Shown in pieces: positions 31,872 to 41,817 of a stretch of DNA of 64,000 nt; positions within the stretch are counted from its first letter, which is position 1, and each line of letters begins with the position of its first letter. The stretch comes from an uncultured Piscirickettsiaceae bacterium (lineage in GTDB: Bacteria; Pseudomonadota; Gammaproteobacteria; Thiomicrospirales; Thiomicrospiraceae), in contig CAYYIL010000006.1 in the NCBI GenBank assembly GCA_964471975.1, positions 13,034-77,033 of the forward strand. Direction: 5' to 3'. The notes beneath the pieces were generated by a model, which was given only the letters and a program-made list of their open reading frames with translations, ran no database searches and was not told the origin of the DNA. The position numbers and the translations under genes are program-made.

Positions 31872-32525
31872 ATGCATTTTGAAGACCGTCGCCACGCCGG
31901 TGCCGCTCTGGCAGCATGGCTGCAACCCTATGCCCAGGCAGCGGACACCCTGATTCTGGCGTTGCCACGCGGCGGCGTGCCCGTGGCAGCAGAAATTGCG
32001 CGGGCGCTCAACCTGCCCATGGACATTGTGCTGGTACGCAAGCTGGGCGTACCGGGCAACGAAGAAGTCGCCATGGGCGCCATTGCCATCGAAGATGTGC
32101 TGCTGCTGAATGAACCCTTTATCGCCCGGCTGGGTCTGCCTGCCGCGGCGGTGGCTGCCGTCATCGAAAAGGAACGGGCAGAACTGCAGCGCCGCCTGCA
32201 CGCCTATCGTGGCGACCGTCCTTTTCCCGACCTGCACGGCAAGCGCGTCATTCTGGTGGATGACGGCATTGCCACCGGAGCCACCATGCGCGCCGCCATT
32301 GAAGCGGTACAGCGCCTGGGCGCGAAGGAGATCATTGTGGCTGCACCGGTAGCACCACCCGAAGTGGTCAGCATGCTGCAGCAGGAAGCGGACAGCGTCA
32401 TTGTGCCGCTGCAGCCGCTGGATTTCCGCGCCGTAGGTCAGTGGTATGCTGTCTTCGACCAGACAGATGACGACACCGTGCGCCAGCTGCTTGCCGAAAA
32501 CGGGCAACAGCACGACGCAACCTGA
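31872..32525 (+). CDS. Phosphoribosyltransferase-family protein
   Basis: ATG at 31872 follows AAGGAAAGGAGGG. PRPP-binding loop VILVDDGIATGATMRAA. 218 aa. Confidence 0.7.
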   Translation: MHFEDRRHAGAALAAWLQPYAQAADTLILALPRGGVPVAAEIARALNLPMDIVLVRKLGVPGNEEVAMGAIAIEDVLLLNEPFIARLGLPAAAVAAVIEKERAELQRRLHAYRGDRPFPDLHGKRVILVDDGIATGATMRAAIEAVQRLGAKEIIVAAPVAPPEVVSMLQQEADSVIVPLQPLDFRAVGQWYAVFDQTDDDTVRQLLAENGQQHDAT

Positions 32526-33848
32526 TCAGGCAGCCTGTTTCAACAGGCTGCGCTGGCTATACAGGTATTCCAGCGCCGCAATGCCCACATAGAAGGCAAT
32601 GAGCCACTTGACCGCCTCGGGCTGATGGCGGGAGAGATAGAGCATCAGCGCCACCCAGGCACTCAGCGAAAACAGTGCGCCCAGCAGTGGCCAACCCCAC
32701 CACAGGCCGATTTCCCGCCACAGCTTCAGTGCCGCAAGATTCACGGCAAAAAACAGCAGCAGAAAGGTTGAGCTGGCAAAGGAGGCGATCAGATCCAGAT
32801 TGGCCAGATTGACGAACAGCAGCGTCACACCCGTAATGGCCAGCAGCGCCGCCCAGGGAATGTTCTTGCGCGACTTCAGCGTAAAGGCATGCGGCAGCTC
32901 CTTTTCCTTCGCCATCACATAGCTGAGTCGCGCCGTGCCAAACAGGGTGGCATTGATCGCTGACGCCGTGGAAAACAGCGCCGCAATACCAATGAGCACA
33001 AAGCCCGCCTGTCCCAGCAGCGGCTGCGCAGCCACCGCCAGCGCATATTCCCCATATTTGCGGATCTGCTCGGGTGTCAGGTTGCCCACCGCCACCAACG
33101 ACACCAGCACATACACCGCCGTGGTGAGCAGGATCGCCGTGATGATGCTGCGCGCCAGATCCCGCTGCGGATCCGCCATGTCGTTGATGGCGTTAGGGAT
33201 CAGCTCAAACCCTTCATAGGCCACAAAGATCAGCGCGCCCCCCAGCGCCACCCCCAGCAGACCATGATTGAAAAAGGGTTCAAGCTTGTCCAGATCCAGC
33301 GTATAGAAGCCGATTACGGCAAAACCGGCGAGAATCACCAGCTTGATAAAGACGATCAGATCCTCGGTGTGGCCGCTGGCGGACACACCCCACAGATTGA
33401 TCCCCAGGAAGCTGAGCAGCACCACGCTTTCCAGCAGGTGGTGCATGTAGGAATTTTCCTGCCCGCCGCCCAGCAAGGCGGCACCATAGGCGCCGAAGGT
33501 ATAGCTGTAGAGCGCCATGGTGCCCACGTAGCCCACCAGCAGCAGCCAGCCGCTCAGTGCGGCAATGCGTCGGCTGCGGAAGGCCTTTTCCAGATAGGTA
33601 AAACTGCCCCCGGCGCTGCGGTAGCGCAGTCCCAGCCGTGCGTAGGACAAACCGGTGAGCAGCGCAATGATGCCGCCCAAAAGAAAGGCCAGGGGCGCGG
33701 CATGACCGGCTTCGGCGATGGACAGCCCCAGCACCGAAAAGATGCCGCCGCCGATCATGCCGCCCACGCCCATGGCCACCAGCTCCCAGAAGCCCAGCTT
33801 TTCATCCATCAGCTGCCGCTGCAGCACCGGTTTTTTCATTGCAAGCAC
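32526..33848 (-). CDS. APC-superfamily amino acid permease
   Basis: About 12 TM helices. N-terminal WELVAMGVGGMIGGGIFSVLG is typical of the APC family. Alternative start at 33839. Confidence 0.8.
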   Translation of the reverse strand: MLAMKKPVLQRQLMDEKLGFWELVAMGVGGMIGGGIFSVLGLSIAEAGHAAPLAFLLGGIIALLTGLSYARLGLRYRSAGGSFTYLEKAFRSRRIAALSGWLLLVGYVGTMALYSYTFGAYGAALLGGGQENSYMHHLLESVVLLSFLGINLWGVSASGHTEDLIVFIKLVILAGFAVIGFYTLDLDKLEPFFNHGLLGVALGGALIFVAYEGFELIPNAINDMADPQRDLARSIITAILLTTAVYVLVSLVAVGNLTPEQIRKYGEYALAVAAQPLLGQAGFVLIGIAALFSTASAINATLFGTARLSYVMAKEKELPHAFTLKSRKNIPWAALLAITGVTLLFVNLANLDLIASFASSTFLLLFFAVNLAALKLWREIGLWWGWPLLGALFSLSAWVALMLYLSRHQPEAVKWLIAFYVGIAALEYLYSQRSLLKQAA

Positions 33849-33882
33849 CTCATGCCAAAGGGGTCAAACGGGACGCCCCAAA

Positions 33883-33901
33883 GGGGGTCCCCGACTTTTT
33901 T
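33883..33901 (+). repeat. Copy of recurrent word GGGGGTCCCCGACTTTTT(T)
   Basis: Read directly. Intergenic, 35 bp upstream of the permease start. The flank 33870-33879 pairs with it: 9 bp with one bulge and an AAA loop. Confidence 0.9.
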
Positions 33902-33933
33902 ACAGCCACGTTTTTCACGATTTTTCGCACGCA

Positions 33934-33958
33934 CAAAAAAGCCCGCCAAAAGCGGGCT
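33934..33958 (-). terminator. Intrinsic terminator after cbpA
   Basis: AGCCCGC-caaaa-GCGGGCT, with TTTTTTGTG on the minus strand. Confidence 0.75.
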
Positions 33959-33971
33959 GAAAGGGGTTCTA

Positions 33972-34919
33972 TCAGCTTGGGAAGTGCGCCCGCGGGTTGA
34001 AGGGCATTTTCTTCGCCATTTCTTCGTAGAACGCCTTTTTCCCGTCGGTGTCGGCCGGCGGGGTATGAATCTGCAACACCACATACTGGTCCCCCGGGAT
34101 CTTGCCCAGTCCACGCCCCTTGATGCGCAGCTTCTTGCCGGACTGACTGCCGGGCGGGATCTTCAGCGCCACCTTGCCCTTGAGGGTGGGCACTTCCACC
34201 CTGGCGCCGAGGGCAGCTTCCCACGGCGTGATGGGCAGATCCAGGTAGATATCGTCGCCCCTCACCTTGTAAAGCGGGTGATTCTGCAACTCTACCTCGA
34301 GATAGAGGTCGCCGTTGGGGCCGCCACCGATACCCGGGCTACCCTGTCCAGCCAGACGGATGCGCTGGCCTTCACGGATCCCTGCCGGGACCTTCACCTT
34401 GATCTGCCGCGTCCTGTGGGTGACGCGGCCGTATTCATCCGCCTCCGGCACCTGCAGCGTCAGGGTACGCTCGGCACCGTTGACGGCGTCTTCCAGCGGC
34501 ACCAGAATCTTGACCACCTGATCCTGACCGCGGGCGCGATAGCCACCCTGACCACCGCCAAAACCGCCCCGGCGGAAGCCGCCACCAAACAAGTTTTCGA
34601 AAAAGTCGCTGAAATCATGGGCGCCCCCCCCGGCGTGCCCCCCGCCAAAGCCGCCGAAACCACCGCCGAACATCTCTTCGAACTGACTGGGGTCAAACTG
34701 CTGCCCCTGCTGCCAGTTGGCGCCCAGCTGATCATACATCTTGCGCTTTTCCGGATCGCCGAGCACCTCGTAGGCCTCATTGATCTCCTTGAACTTGGCC
34801 TCGTCACCACCCTTGTCGGGGTGATATTTGGCGGCCAGGCGGCGGAACGCCTTCTTGATCTCGGCTTCGCTGGCGTCGCGGCTGACACCGAGTATGTCGT
34901 AGTAATCCTTGTATTCCAT
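33972..34919 (-). CDS. cbpA: Curved-DNA-binding DnaJ-class co-chaperone (CbpA type, no zinc finger)
   Basis: J domain with [31 protein letters not shown], a G/F-rich linker, no CxxCxGxG repeats and DnaJ C-terminal domains. Confidence 0.85.
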   Translation of the reverse strand: MEYKDYYDILGVSRDASEAEIKKAFRRLAAKYHPDKGGDEAKFKEINEAYEVLGDPEKRKMYDQLGANWQQGQQFDPSQFEEMFGGGFGGFGGGHAGGGAHDFSDFFENLFGGGFRRGGFGGGQGGYRARGQDQVVKILVPLEDAVNGAERTLTLQVPEADEYGRVTHRTRQIKVKVPAGIREGQRIRLAGQGSPGIGGGPNGDLYLEVELQNHPLYKVRGDDIYLDLPITPWEAALGARVEVPTLKGKVALKIPPGSQSGKKLRIKGRGLGKIPGDQYVVLQIHTPPADTDGKKAFYEEMAKKMPFNPRAHFPS

Positions 34920-34973
34920 AAGGTCTGGCCACTCCTGCTATGCGGCTGCGCCGCGATGTATCAAATTATCGAG

Positions 34974-35000
34974 AACAAAAAGCCGGCGTACGCCGGCTTT
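34974..35000 (-). terminator. Intrinsic terminator after hsp20
   Basis: AAAGCCGGCG-ta-CGCCGGCTTT, with TTTTTGTT on the minus strand. Confidence 0.7.
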
Positions 35001-35020
35001 CAGCGGGGTTCTGAGCCGGA

Positions 35021-35461
35021 TCAGCTTTCACCCTCTTCCACCGCGATCTTGCGCGGCTTGGCCACGGACTTCTTCGGCACCACAATAGTGAGCACGCCAT
35101 GGTCGGTCTTCGCCTTGATGTTTTCCACATCGGCGGTTTCAGGCAGGCGGAAGCTGCGGTAGAACTTGCCGAACACGCGCTCGAAGCGGCGCACGCCGCG
35201 CTCTTCCACTTCCTTCTCCAGCTTGCGCTCGCCGGAGATTTCCAACAGGCCGTTTTCCACGTTGATTTCAATGTCCTTGGCCGGAACGCCCGGCACATCC
35301 GCGTGGATGACATAGGCCTCCGGTGTTTCTTCGATGTCCACCGCAGGCACCCACTGCGCCTGCTTCAGCTCACCTTGCGGCTCGGCCACCTGGCCGACAA
35401 ACTGTTCCAGCTCACGGTTGAGTTGATTCAAAATGCTCCAAGGTTGAATCATTCTGCTCAT
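35021..35461 (-). CDS. Small heat-shock protein (Hsp20/IbpA family)
   Basis: Alpha-crystallin domain: WVPAVDIEETPEAYVIHADVPGV...GVLTIVVPK. Confidence 0.9.
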   Translation of the reverse strand: MSRMIQPWSILNQLNRELEQFVGQVAEPQGELKQAQWVPAVDIEETPEAYVIHADVPGVPAKDIEINVENGLLEISGERKLEKEVEERGVRRFERVFGKFYRSFRLPETADVENIKAKTDHGVLTIVVPKKSVAKPRKIAVEEGES

Positions 35462-35522
35462 ACACCACCTCCTTGTTCCATCGTTTTCTCACACCTGCTA
35501 TATGGCGCCGGTGGAAAAATTT

Positions 35523-36329
35523 TCAAGGGGTGTGCAGCACGTCGAGACGCAGGCGTGCCCGCGCGTCGAACAGCCGCCGCTGCCCCAGCCGAACAGCTAC
35601 CACCGACCCCAGCGACGTGGAGACCGCAATCAGCAGAATGATCATAATCTGATACTTCACCGCCTCCATGGGATCTGCCCCTGCGAGGATCTGACCGGTC
35701 ATCATCCCCGGCAGCGAGACCACACCGGCGGCGGCAAGCATGTTGACGATGGGGATTAGCGCCGTGTGCAGCGCCTGCTCGCGCACAAATGCCATCGCCT
35801 TCTGCGGCGATTCGCCCAGTGCCAGCTGTGCCTCGATGGCCGCCCGTTGCGTCACCGCCAGCCGGGTTACCTGATCCAGCGCCAGCCCCACCGCGGTCAT
35901 GCTGTTGCCCAGCACCATGCCCAGCAGCGGAATGGCATACTGCGGCGCGTACCACGGTTCGGGCCGGATCACCAGCGTCAGGGTGAGCACCATCAGCACC
36001 AGCGCTGTCATGGAAAGCGCCAGCAGCCCGATCAGCACACTGCCGCCGCGCTTGAGCGGATACTTCTGCCGCTTGTGAATCTCGTAGCCGGCAAACAGCA
36101 GCATGATCGCCGCCACCACACTGACCCAGAACAGCGTGCCCTGCGCGAACACCCAGGCGAGCCACACACCCATGAGCGACAGCTGCAGCACCATGCGCAC
36201 CGCGTTGATCAACAATGTGCGCGTTTCACTGAAGCCATTGAGCCACAGCAATGCACTGGCCAGCAGCAGCCAGGTGGCCATGAAGGCCAGATCCTGCCAG
36301 CTGAGCAGTATCATCTGTGTGTCATGCAT
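35523..36329 (-). CDS. fetB: FetB/YbbM-family (UPF0014) ABC-type iron-export permease
   Basis: A 268-aa polytopic protein with end-to-end resemblance to YbbM/FetB. Its usual ATPase partner gene lies 5.5 kb away, at 41818..42399. Confidence 0.7.
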   Translation of the reverse strand: MHDTQMILLSWQDLAFMATWLLLASALLWLNGFSETRTLLINAVRMVLQLSLMGVWLAWVFAQGTLFWVSVVAAIMLLFAGYEIHKRQKYPLKRGGSVLIGLLALSMTALVLMVLTLTLVIRPEPWYAPQYAIPLLGMVLGNSMTAVGLALDQVTRLAVTQRAAIEAQLALGESPQKAMAFVREQALHTALIPIVNMLAAAGVVSLPGMMTGQILAGADPMEAVKYQIMIILLIAVSTSLGSVVAVRLGQRRLFDARARLRLDVLHTP

Positions 36330-36718
36330 TGGTCATCACACCTTCAAAAACCCTTGTCATAATAAAGGGCGACCAAAGGGGTTAGGGCAATTTTGCCTCA
36401 CTCCGGGCCGCAACATTCAGGCTGTGCTCGCCGCGAGATGTGGCGCGGGGGTGGTGACAGTTGGCGAAGGCGCGGGAAAACGGCTTGGGCGGCAGGAGAC
36501 ACCACAATTTTCAAGCACCGTCTCTACGACAGTCCTCTGACGCCCTATGCTGCCCTGCAGGGTGACAGCTGCAAGCCGTCCGCGCCAAGCCTTACTGTCA
36601 CCCCGCCGCAGAACCCTGAGCGCGCCGCACGGTCTGGACCGAAACGCGATACACGAAGCACTCCCTTTCAACCTTTAAACAATATCGAGCTGATACGCAC
36701 CATGCAGGGTATTAAACC

Positions 36719-38446
36719 ATGATCGATATCGAACACCATCTGCGCACCCGACTGGGAGACAGCATCGACCGGCCCGCCGGCCAGCTGATGGTGAAGGTGC
36801 TGCGCGCCCTGCTGCACGAGGATGAAATCAACCAGTTCATCATGGAAAACCGCCACCTGCGCGGCTTCGCCTTTCTGGAGCGGGTGCTGGACTATTTCGA
36901 CTTCGATTTCGTGGTCAGCCCCGAGCAGCTCAACGCCATCCCGCCGCAGGGTCGCCTCATCATCGTCGCCAATCACCCCATCGGCTCGCTGGACGGGCTG
37001 GCGCTACTGAAGCTGGTGCGCATGGTACGCCCGGATGTGCGCATCGTCGCCAACGAGCTGCTCAGCCTGATCGAGCCGCTGGATGACCTGTTCATCCCGG
37101 TGGACAACATGCGCGAGCGCGGCGCCGGCTACAAGTCCCAGTACAAGGCCATGCTGGCCGCCCTGAAGCGTGAAGAGGCGATCATAATCTTTCCCGCAGG
37201 GGAAGTCTCGCGTATTCGTCCCCACGGCGTGCGCGACGGCCGTTGGAAAAGCGGCTTCATCAAGCTGGCGGAAAAGACAGGCGCACCGGTGCAGCCCATC
37301 TATGTGGACGCGCGCAACTCCTCGCTCTTTTACAGCCTCTCCGCCGTATACAAGCCGCTGGGCACGCTCATGCTGGCGCAGGAGATGTTCAACAAGGCCC
37401 ATCAGACCATCCGCTTCCACGTCAGCCTGCCCATTCCGGCACGGGCGCTGCGCGAAAGCACGCTGCCGCGCAAGCAGCTGGCGCAGCAGATGCGCCGCTA
37501 CACCTACCTGCTGCGCAAGCCGAAAAAGCTGCGCAAGAAGGCACTGTTTCCCACGCTGGAAGCCATCGCCCCCGCCGTGGACCGAACCGAACTGCACGAT
37601 GCGCTGCAGCAGGCACAGCGTCTGGGCGAAACCGCAGACGGCAAGCAGATTCTGTTGCTGGACTATGCCGACGACAGCCCGGTGATGCAGGAGATCGGCC
37701 GCCTCCGCGAGCTGACCTTCCGCAGTGTGGAAGAAGGCACCGGCAAACAGCTGGATCTGGACGAGTACGACCGCCTGTACCAGCATCTGGTGCTGTGGGA
37801 TGAAAAGGAGCGCAAGATTGTCGGCGCCTACCGCATCGGCCACGGCCCATCCCTGCTGGAAAAGGCCGGTGAAAGCGGCTTCTACAGCCGTACCCTGTTT
37901 GAATTCGAGCCGGCACTGCAGGCACGCCTGCCGCAGAGCATCGAGCTGGGACGCAGCTTTGTGCAGCCGCGCTACTGGGGCCGGCGCAGTCTCGATTATC
38001 TCTGGTACGGCATCGGGGCCTACCTGAAGGCGCACCCGGAAATCCGCTACATGCACGGCCCGGTGAGCCTGAGCAATGCCTATCCGCCCACCGCAAAGGC
38101 GCTGATTGCGCTGTTCTACAGCCTGCAGTTTCCGCCGCAGGCGCCGCTGGTGCGCCCCACCCTGCCGTTCGTGGTCCCCGAGGCCATCCGACTGCAGTGG
38201 GGCGAGGCCTTCAGCGGCGACTATGCCAGTGCGCTGAAGCAACTCAACCGGGCGCTGGCCCAGCTGGGGGTCAAGCTGCCCACGCTCTACAAGCAGTATG
38301 GGGAGATCGCCGCACCCGGCGGCTGTGAATACGCCGGTTTCAATATCGATCCGGCGTTCAATCACTGCGTGGATGGCTTCGTGATGGTGGACACCCACCG
38401 TCTGGATTCGCGCAAGCGGGCCCGCTACATGGGCGCCGACGCCTGA
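36719..38446 (+). CDS. Bifunctional acyltransferase: N-terminal PlsC-like O-acyltransferase + C-terminal OlsB-like GNAT N-acyltransferase (OlsF-like)
   Basis: N-terminal IIVANHPIGSLDG and FPAGEVSR acyltransferase blocks. The C-terminal half (LRELTFRSVEEGTGKQLDLDEYD..HLVLWD...IVGAYRIG) is typical of ornithine-lipid N-acyltransferases. 575 aa. Confidence 0.65.
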   Translation: MIDIEHHLRTRLGDSIDRPAGQLMVKVLRALLHEDEINQFIMENRHLRGFAFLERVLDYFDFDFVVSPEQLNAIPPQGRLIIVANHPIGSLDGLALLKLVRMVRPDVRIVANELLSLIEPLDDLFIPVDNMRERGAGYKSQYKAMLAALKREEAIIIFPAGEVSRIRPHGVRDGRWKSGFIKLAEKTGAPVQPIYVDARNSSLFYSLSAVYKPLGTLMLAQEMFNKAHQTIRFHVSLPIPARALRESTLPRKQLAQQMRRYTYLLRKPKKLRKKALFPTLEAIAPAVDRTELHDALQQAQRLGETADGKQILLLDYADDSPVMQEIGRLRELTFRSVEEGTGKQLDLDEYDRLYQHLVLWDEKERKIVGAYRIGHGPSLLEKAGESGFYSRTLFEFEPALQARLPQSIELGRSFVQPRYWGRRSLDYLWYGIGAYLKAHPEIRYMHGPVSLSNAYPPTAKALIALFYSLQFPPQAPLVRPTLPFVVPEAIRLQWGEAFSGDYASALKQLNRALAQLGVKLPTLYKQYGEIAAPGGCEYAGFNIDPAFNHCVDGFVMVDTHRLDSRKRARYMGADA

Positions 38447-40842
38447 CCACAACCCTGATTACAGCAGGGATCGGGCTCAAAGGTCGCCGCCTCATCCAGC
38501 GGCATGGGCCGCGCATAGACGAAGCCCTGAACATGGCTGGCCACCTCGCTGAAGCGGCGACACATGGCACCATCCTCAATGCCCTCGAACACCACATCGT
38601 AGCCCAGCTCACGCAGGGAGCGTGCCAGCCCGACGATGAGCTCGCCACTGCGCGCATCCCCATGGGCCGCCAGCACCAGTGCGCGGTCGAACTTGATGAT
38701 ATCGGCACTCAGGTGCGCAAGATAGGAAATGGACGAATAGCCGCTGCCGAAATCGTCGATGGCTACCTTGAAGCCCATGGCGCGCAGATCGCCGAGGGTT
38801 TTCTGAGCCGTGGAAAGGTCCTGCACCAGCGTGGTCTCGGTCACTTCCAGCACAATCTTGTGATCGGTCGTGTAGGGGGCCAGATCACGCAGCCAGTCTT
38901 TCAGGTCGGGATGCTGCAGCGCCTCCGCACTCAGGTTAATGGAAAAGCCGCGATTGCAGGGGCTGGCCTGCAGCCGTGCGGTCATCTGCTCGATGACGCG
39001 CTGATCAAACGCCGCCTGCAGATGCAGTCGCTCCACCAGCGGTAGAAAAACAGCCGGTGAAATGGTGCGCCCTTCCACAGACATGCGCGCCAGAATCTCG
39101 CAATACTCCACCCGCTCATCCGCGGTGCGCACCACAGGCTGGGCCACCAGTTCCAGCCCGGTGCCGTCACGCACCATCTGCGCCACTGCCTGCGCATCGG
39201 CATAGTCCAGCGGCGCCTGATCGCCATGCACCGCCGGCTGATAGCGCTGCACCTTGCGGTCCAGTGCATGCTTGGCAGCGCGCATGGCCATGTCCGCCTG
39301 CTTCAGCGCCTCGCTCAGCGTTACCGGCACACGTAGATCGAGCCAGCTCCAGCCGATGCTGATGGACAGCCGCGCCGTCATACCGAGATTTTCCGGCGGA
39401 TAGTCGTACAGCACGTGGAGGAACTTCTCCAGACAGTGCTCGAACTGCTGCGGCGTCATGTCCATGGCCACAATGGCAAACTCATCGCCAGAGAGACGGT
39501 AAACGGTGGCCCCCTTCTGCCGCAGCGACTCCAGTGTGGCAGCCACATGCATCAGCACGTGGTTGCCCACCTCGCCACCGTAGGTTTCGTTGATCTCGTG
39601 GAAAAAATCGATGTCCAGGATAGCCACGCCCGCTTCATCGTGCACCCTGATCAGCTCGGGCCAGCGTTCTTCCAGCGCCAGACGGTTGGGCAGGTGGGTG
39701 AGCGCATCCTCAAACGCCCGCTTGCGCAGGGCACGATGGGCGCGCTCCAGTGCCTGAGTGCGTTCGGCCACGCGCTGTTCCAGCTGGGCATTCAGGCTTT
39801 CCAGCGCTGCCTGCTTGTGCTGCACCGTCTGCAGCAGCGCATTGGTCTGCTCCACCACGGTGGCCACTTCATCCACGGCGCCCGGCAGCAGCGTCACTGC
39901 ACCCTGCCCGCCGCCACACACGCCGTGCACCGAATCGGACGCCACCTGCAACGGCTTGATAACCTTGCGCCAGAGCACCCGTCCCAGCCCCAGCATGAGC
40001 CCTAGCAGCAGTAGCAACGGCACGGCAATGGTTTCCAGCGCCAGCTGCAACGCTTTCTGCAACAGAGCGGCTGATTGCACTATGACAAAACCGGACGCGC
40101 CATGATTGAAGACATAGGCTGGCGTGGGCAGCCACAGCTGCACCTGCCCTGTCTCGAGCACCTGCCACCACAGAGAGTGGTGCAGCCGGGCCTGTACCAT
40201 TGGCGGAGGCTGCAGATAAAAGGTGACCAGTCGGCTGTGCAGCAATCCCTGCAGATAGGGGGCCGGCTCACCATGCGACACCAGTTTGCGGATCAGATAG
40301 AGGTCGCCCGCACGATCACCGATGTCGTACCGCACGGGAATACGCACCAGCTGATACAGACCCGGCCGGGCAAATATCTGCCGCCATGGGGCTTGCGCGA
40401 AGCCATCGTTGATCAGGTGAAAAAGCGTGCGCTGCGGAGGCAGACGGGTGAGTACCGCCGGCAGATGGTTCAGGAACTGATGTCCGTCCGGCGTGTAGAG
40501 GCGCCCATCCTCACCCATGAAGACCACGCCATGCAGATTGAACTGACGCTTAATCTGATACAGCAGCGCACTGAGTGCAGCGGGGCGCTCCGTCTCTTCC
40601 GCCGCCGCGATGGGCGCCTTGAAAAAGCCTACCGCCCTGCTGATCAGCGCAAACTTCTGCGCCTCGCTGACCAGCCACAGATGCAGTTCGCCCTGAATCT
40701 CGATCTGTACCTGTTCGGATTCTCGCTGTGCCACCCCCTGCGCCATCCACAGCTGAAAGGCCCCCACCGCCAGTACACTGACGATCACACCAATCATTAC
40801 GGCGCGGAAATAGCGCAACAGCGAAATGCGTGCAGTCGCCAC
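38425..40842 (-). CDS. Membrane sensor with periplasmic domain + GGDEF + EAL domains
   Basis: TM1 near residue 15 and TM2 near residue 280, a coiled linker, DALTHLPNR...RLSGDEFAIV, then an EAL domain (CEILARM, DDFGSGYSS). The GTG start overlaps the rhodanese stop (TAGTG). Confidence 0.85.
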   Translation of the reverse strand: MATARISLLRYFRAVMIGVIVSVLAVGAFQLWMAQGVAQRESEQVQIEIQGELHLWLVSEAQKFALISRAVGFFKAPIAAAEETERPAALSALLYQIKRQFNLHGVVFMGEDGRLYTPDGHQFLNHLPAVLTRLPPQRTLFHLINDGFAQAPWRQIFARPGLYQLVRIPVRYDIGDRAGDLYLIRKLVSHGEPAPYLQGLLHSRLVTFYLQPPPMVQARLHHSLWWQVLETGQVQLWLPTPAYVFNHGASGFVIVQSAALLQKALQLALETIAVPLLLLLGLMLGLGRVLWRKVIKPLQVASDSVHGVCGGGQGAVTLLPGAVDEVATVVEQTNALLQTVQHKQAALESLNAQLEQRVAERTQALERAHRALRKRAFEDALTHLPNRLALEERWPELIRVHDEAGVAILDIDFFHEINETYGGEVGNHVLMHVAATLESLRQKGATVYRLSGDEFAIVAMDMTPQQFEHCLEKFLHVLYDYPPENLGMTARLSISIGWSWLDLRVPVTLSEALKQADMAMRAAKHALDRKVQRYQPAVHGDQAPLDYADAQAVAQMVRDGTGLELVAQPVVRTADERVEYCEILARMSVEGRTISPAVFLPLVERLHLQAAFDQRVIEQMTARLQASPCNRGFSINLSAEALQHPDLKDWLRDLAPYTTDHKIVLEVTETTLVQDLSTAQKTLGDLRAMGFKVAIDDFGSGYSSISYLAHLSADIIKFDRALVLAAHGDARSGELIVGLARSLRELGYDVVFEGIEDGAMCRRFSEVASHVQGFVYARPMPLDEAATFEPDPCCNQGCGQASAPM

Positions 40843-41654
40843 TACTTCCGCCCTCCACCGCTTAAGTCAGCCCCCGTCCCCATTGCACCCAGCAGACGAG
40901 CCGGTTTTGCCTCCAACCCTGCACAGCCGCGCGTGCGCGCCCCCTGCAGGCCGCCGCGCACCACACCCCGCACATCAAAGCCCTTGTGAATAAGGTACTT
41001 GCCCACCACCACCGACTGGCGCATGGCCACATCGGCAATCAGAATCGGCCGATTCCTGGGCAACGTGTCCAGCAGTCGGTCGAGCGCATAGGTGGGAATC
41101 TGCACACTGCCCGGCAGGAACCATTGCGGCGAAGCCAGCCAGTCAGGCCGCACATCCAGCACAAAAGGGCGGCTGGCCGGTGGCCGCTTCAGCAGCGTCT
41201 GCACCTCGGCACAGCCCAGTTTGTGCACGCGGAGACCGGCATAGAGCGAATTCACCCACAGGGGGTAGTCGAACTGGCGCCATTCGGGAATGCCGCCGCG
41301 AAACCAGACCACCTGCGTATAACCGCGCTTGAGGGCCGCTTCGACCGCAAAGCGGCTGTAATTGCACTTGAGCCCCATGCAGTAGAACACAAGCGGTGCG
41401 TCCTTGCGCGGCGGCAGCTGCTCCGTAGTCGCCACTTCATTGGCCGGGATATTGATGCTGCCCGGAATATGCTGACTGGCAAACTCGATGCGACTAAGAG
41501 CATTAATAAGAAGCGGGTGCTGGGGCGACTGCAGCCAGCGCCACAGCTCCGGCGCGGTAATGACGCGCACACGCTGCTCCAACGGCATGACAGCGTCCGC
41601 CTGAGCAAGAGCGGCAAACAGGGCGGCGAAAACCAGCAAAAAAATTTTGGGCAT
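40842..41654 (-). CDS. Periplasmic tandem rhodanese-domain protein
   Basis: Signal peptide MPKIFLLVFAALFAALAQADA. The first domain has the active-site loop FYCMGLKCN. The second rhodanese-like domain has no Cys at that position (ADVAMRQS). Confidence 0.7.
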   Translation of the reverse strand: MPKIFLLVFAALFAALAQADAVMPLEQRVRVITAPELWRWLQSPQHPLLINALSRIEFASQHIPGSINIPANEVATTEQLPPRKDAPLVFYCMGLKCNYSRFAVEAALKRGYTQVVWFRGGIPEWRQFDYPLWVNSLYAGLRVHKLGCAEVQTLLKRPPASRPFVLDVRPDWLASPQWFLPGSVQIPTYALDRLLDTLPRNRPILIADVAMRQSVVVGKYLIHKGFDVRGVVRGGLQGARTRGCAGLEAKPARLLGAMGTGADLSGGGRK

Positions 41655-41817
41655 GCAAACGGATCATCTGGAAACTATCCGCACCATCCTACGCCAGACA
41701 GCCAAAGTAAGTTATCAACATTTTTGAAGAGGGCATGATTTTAGTTTATCCTCTCTACTGACTATCCTCTATGCAGCACTGCCGCGCGCTCTCCCGCATG
41801 CCTCAAGATCGCAGCCT

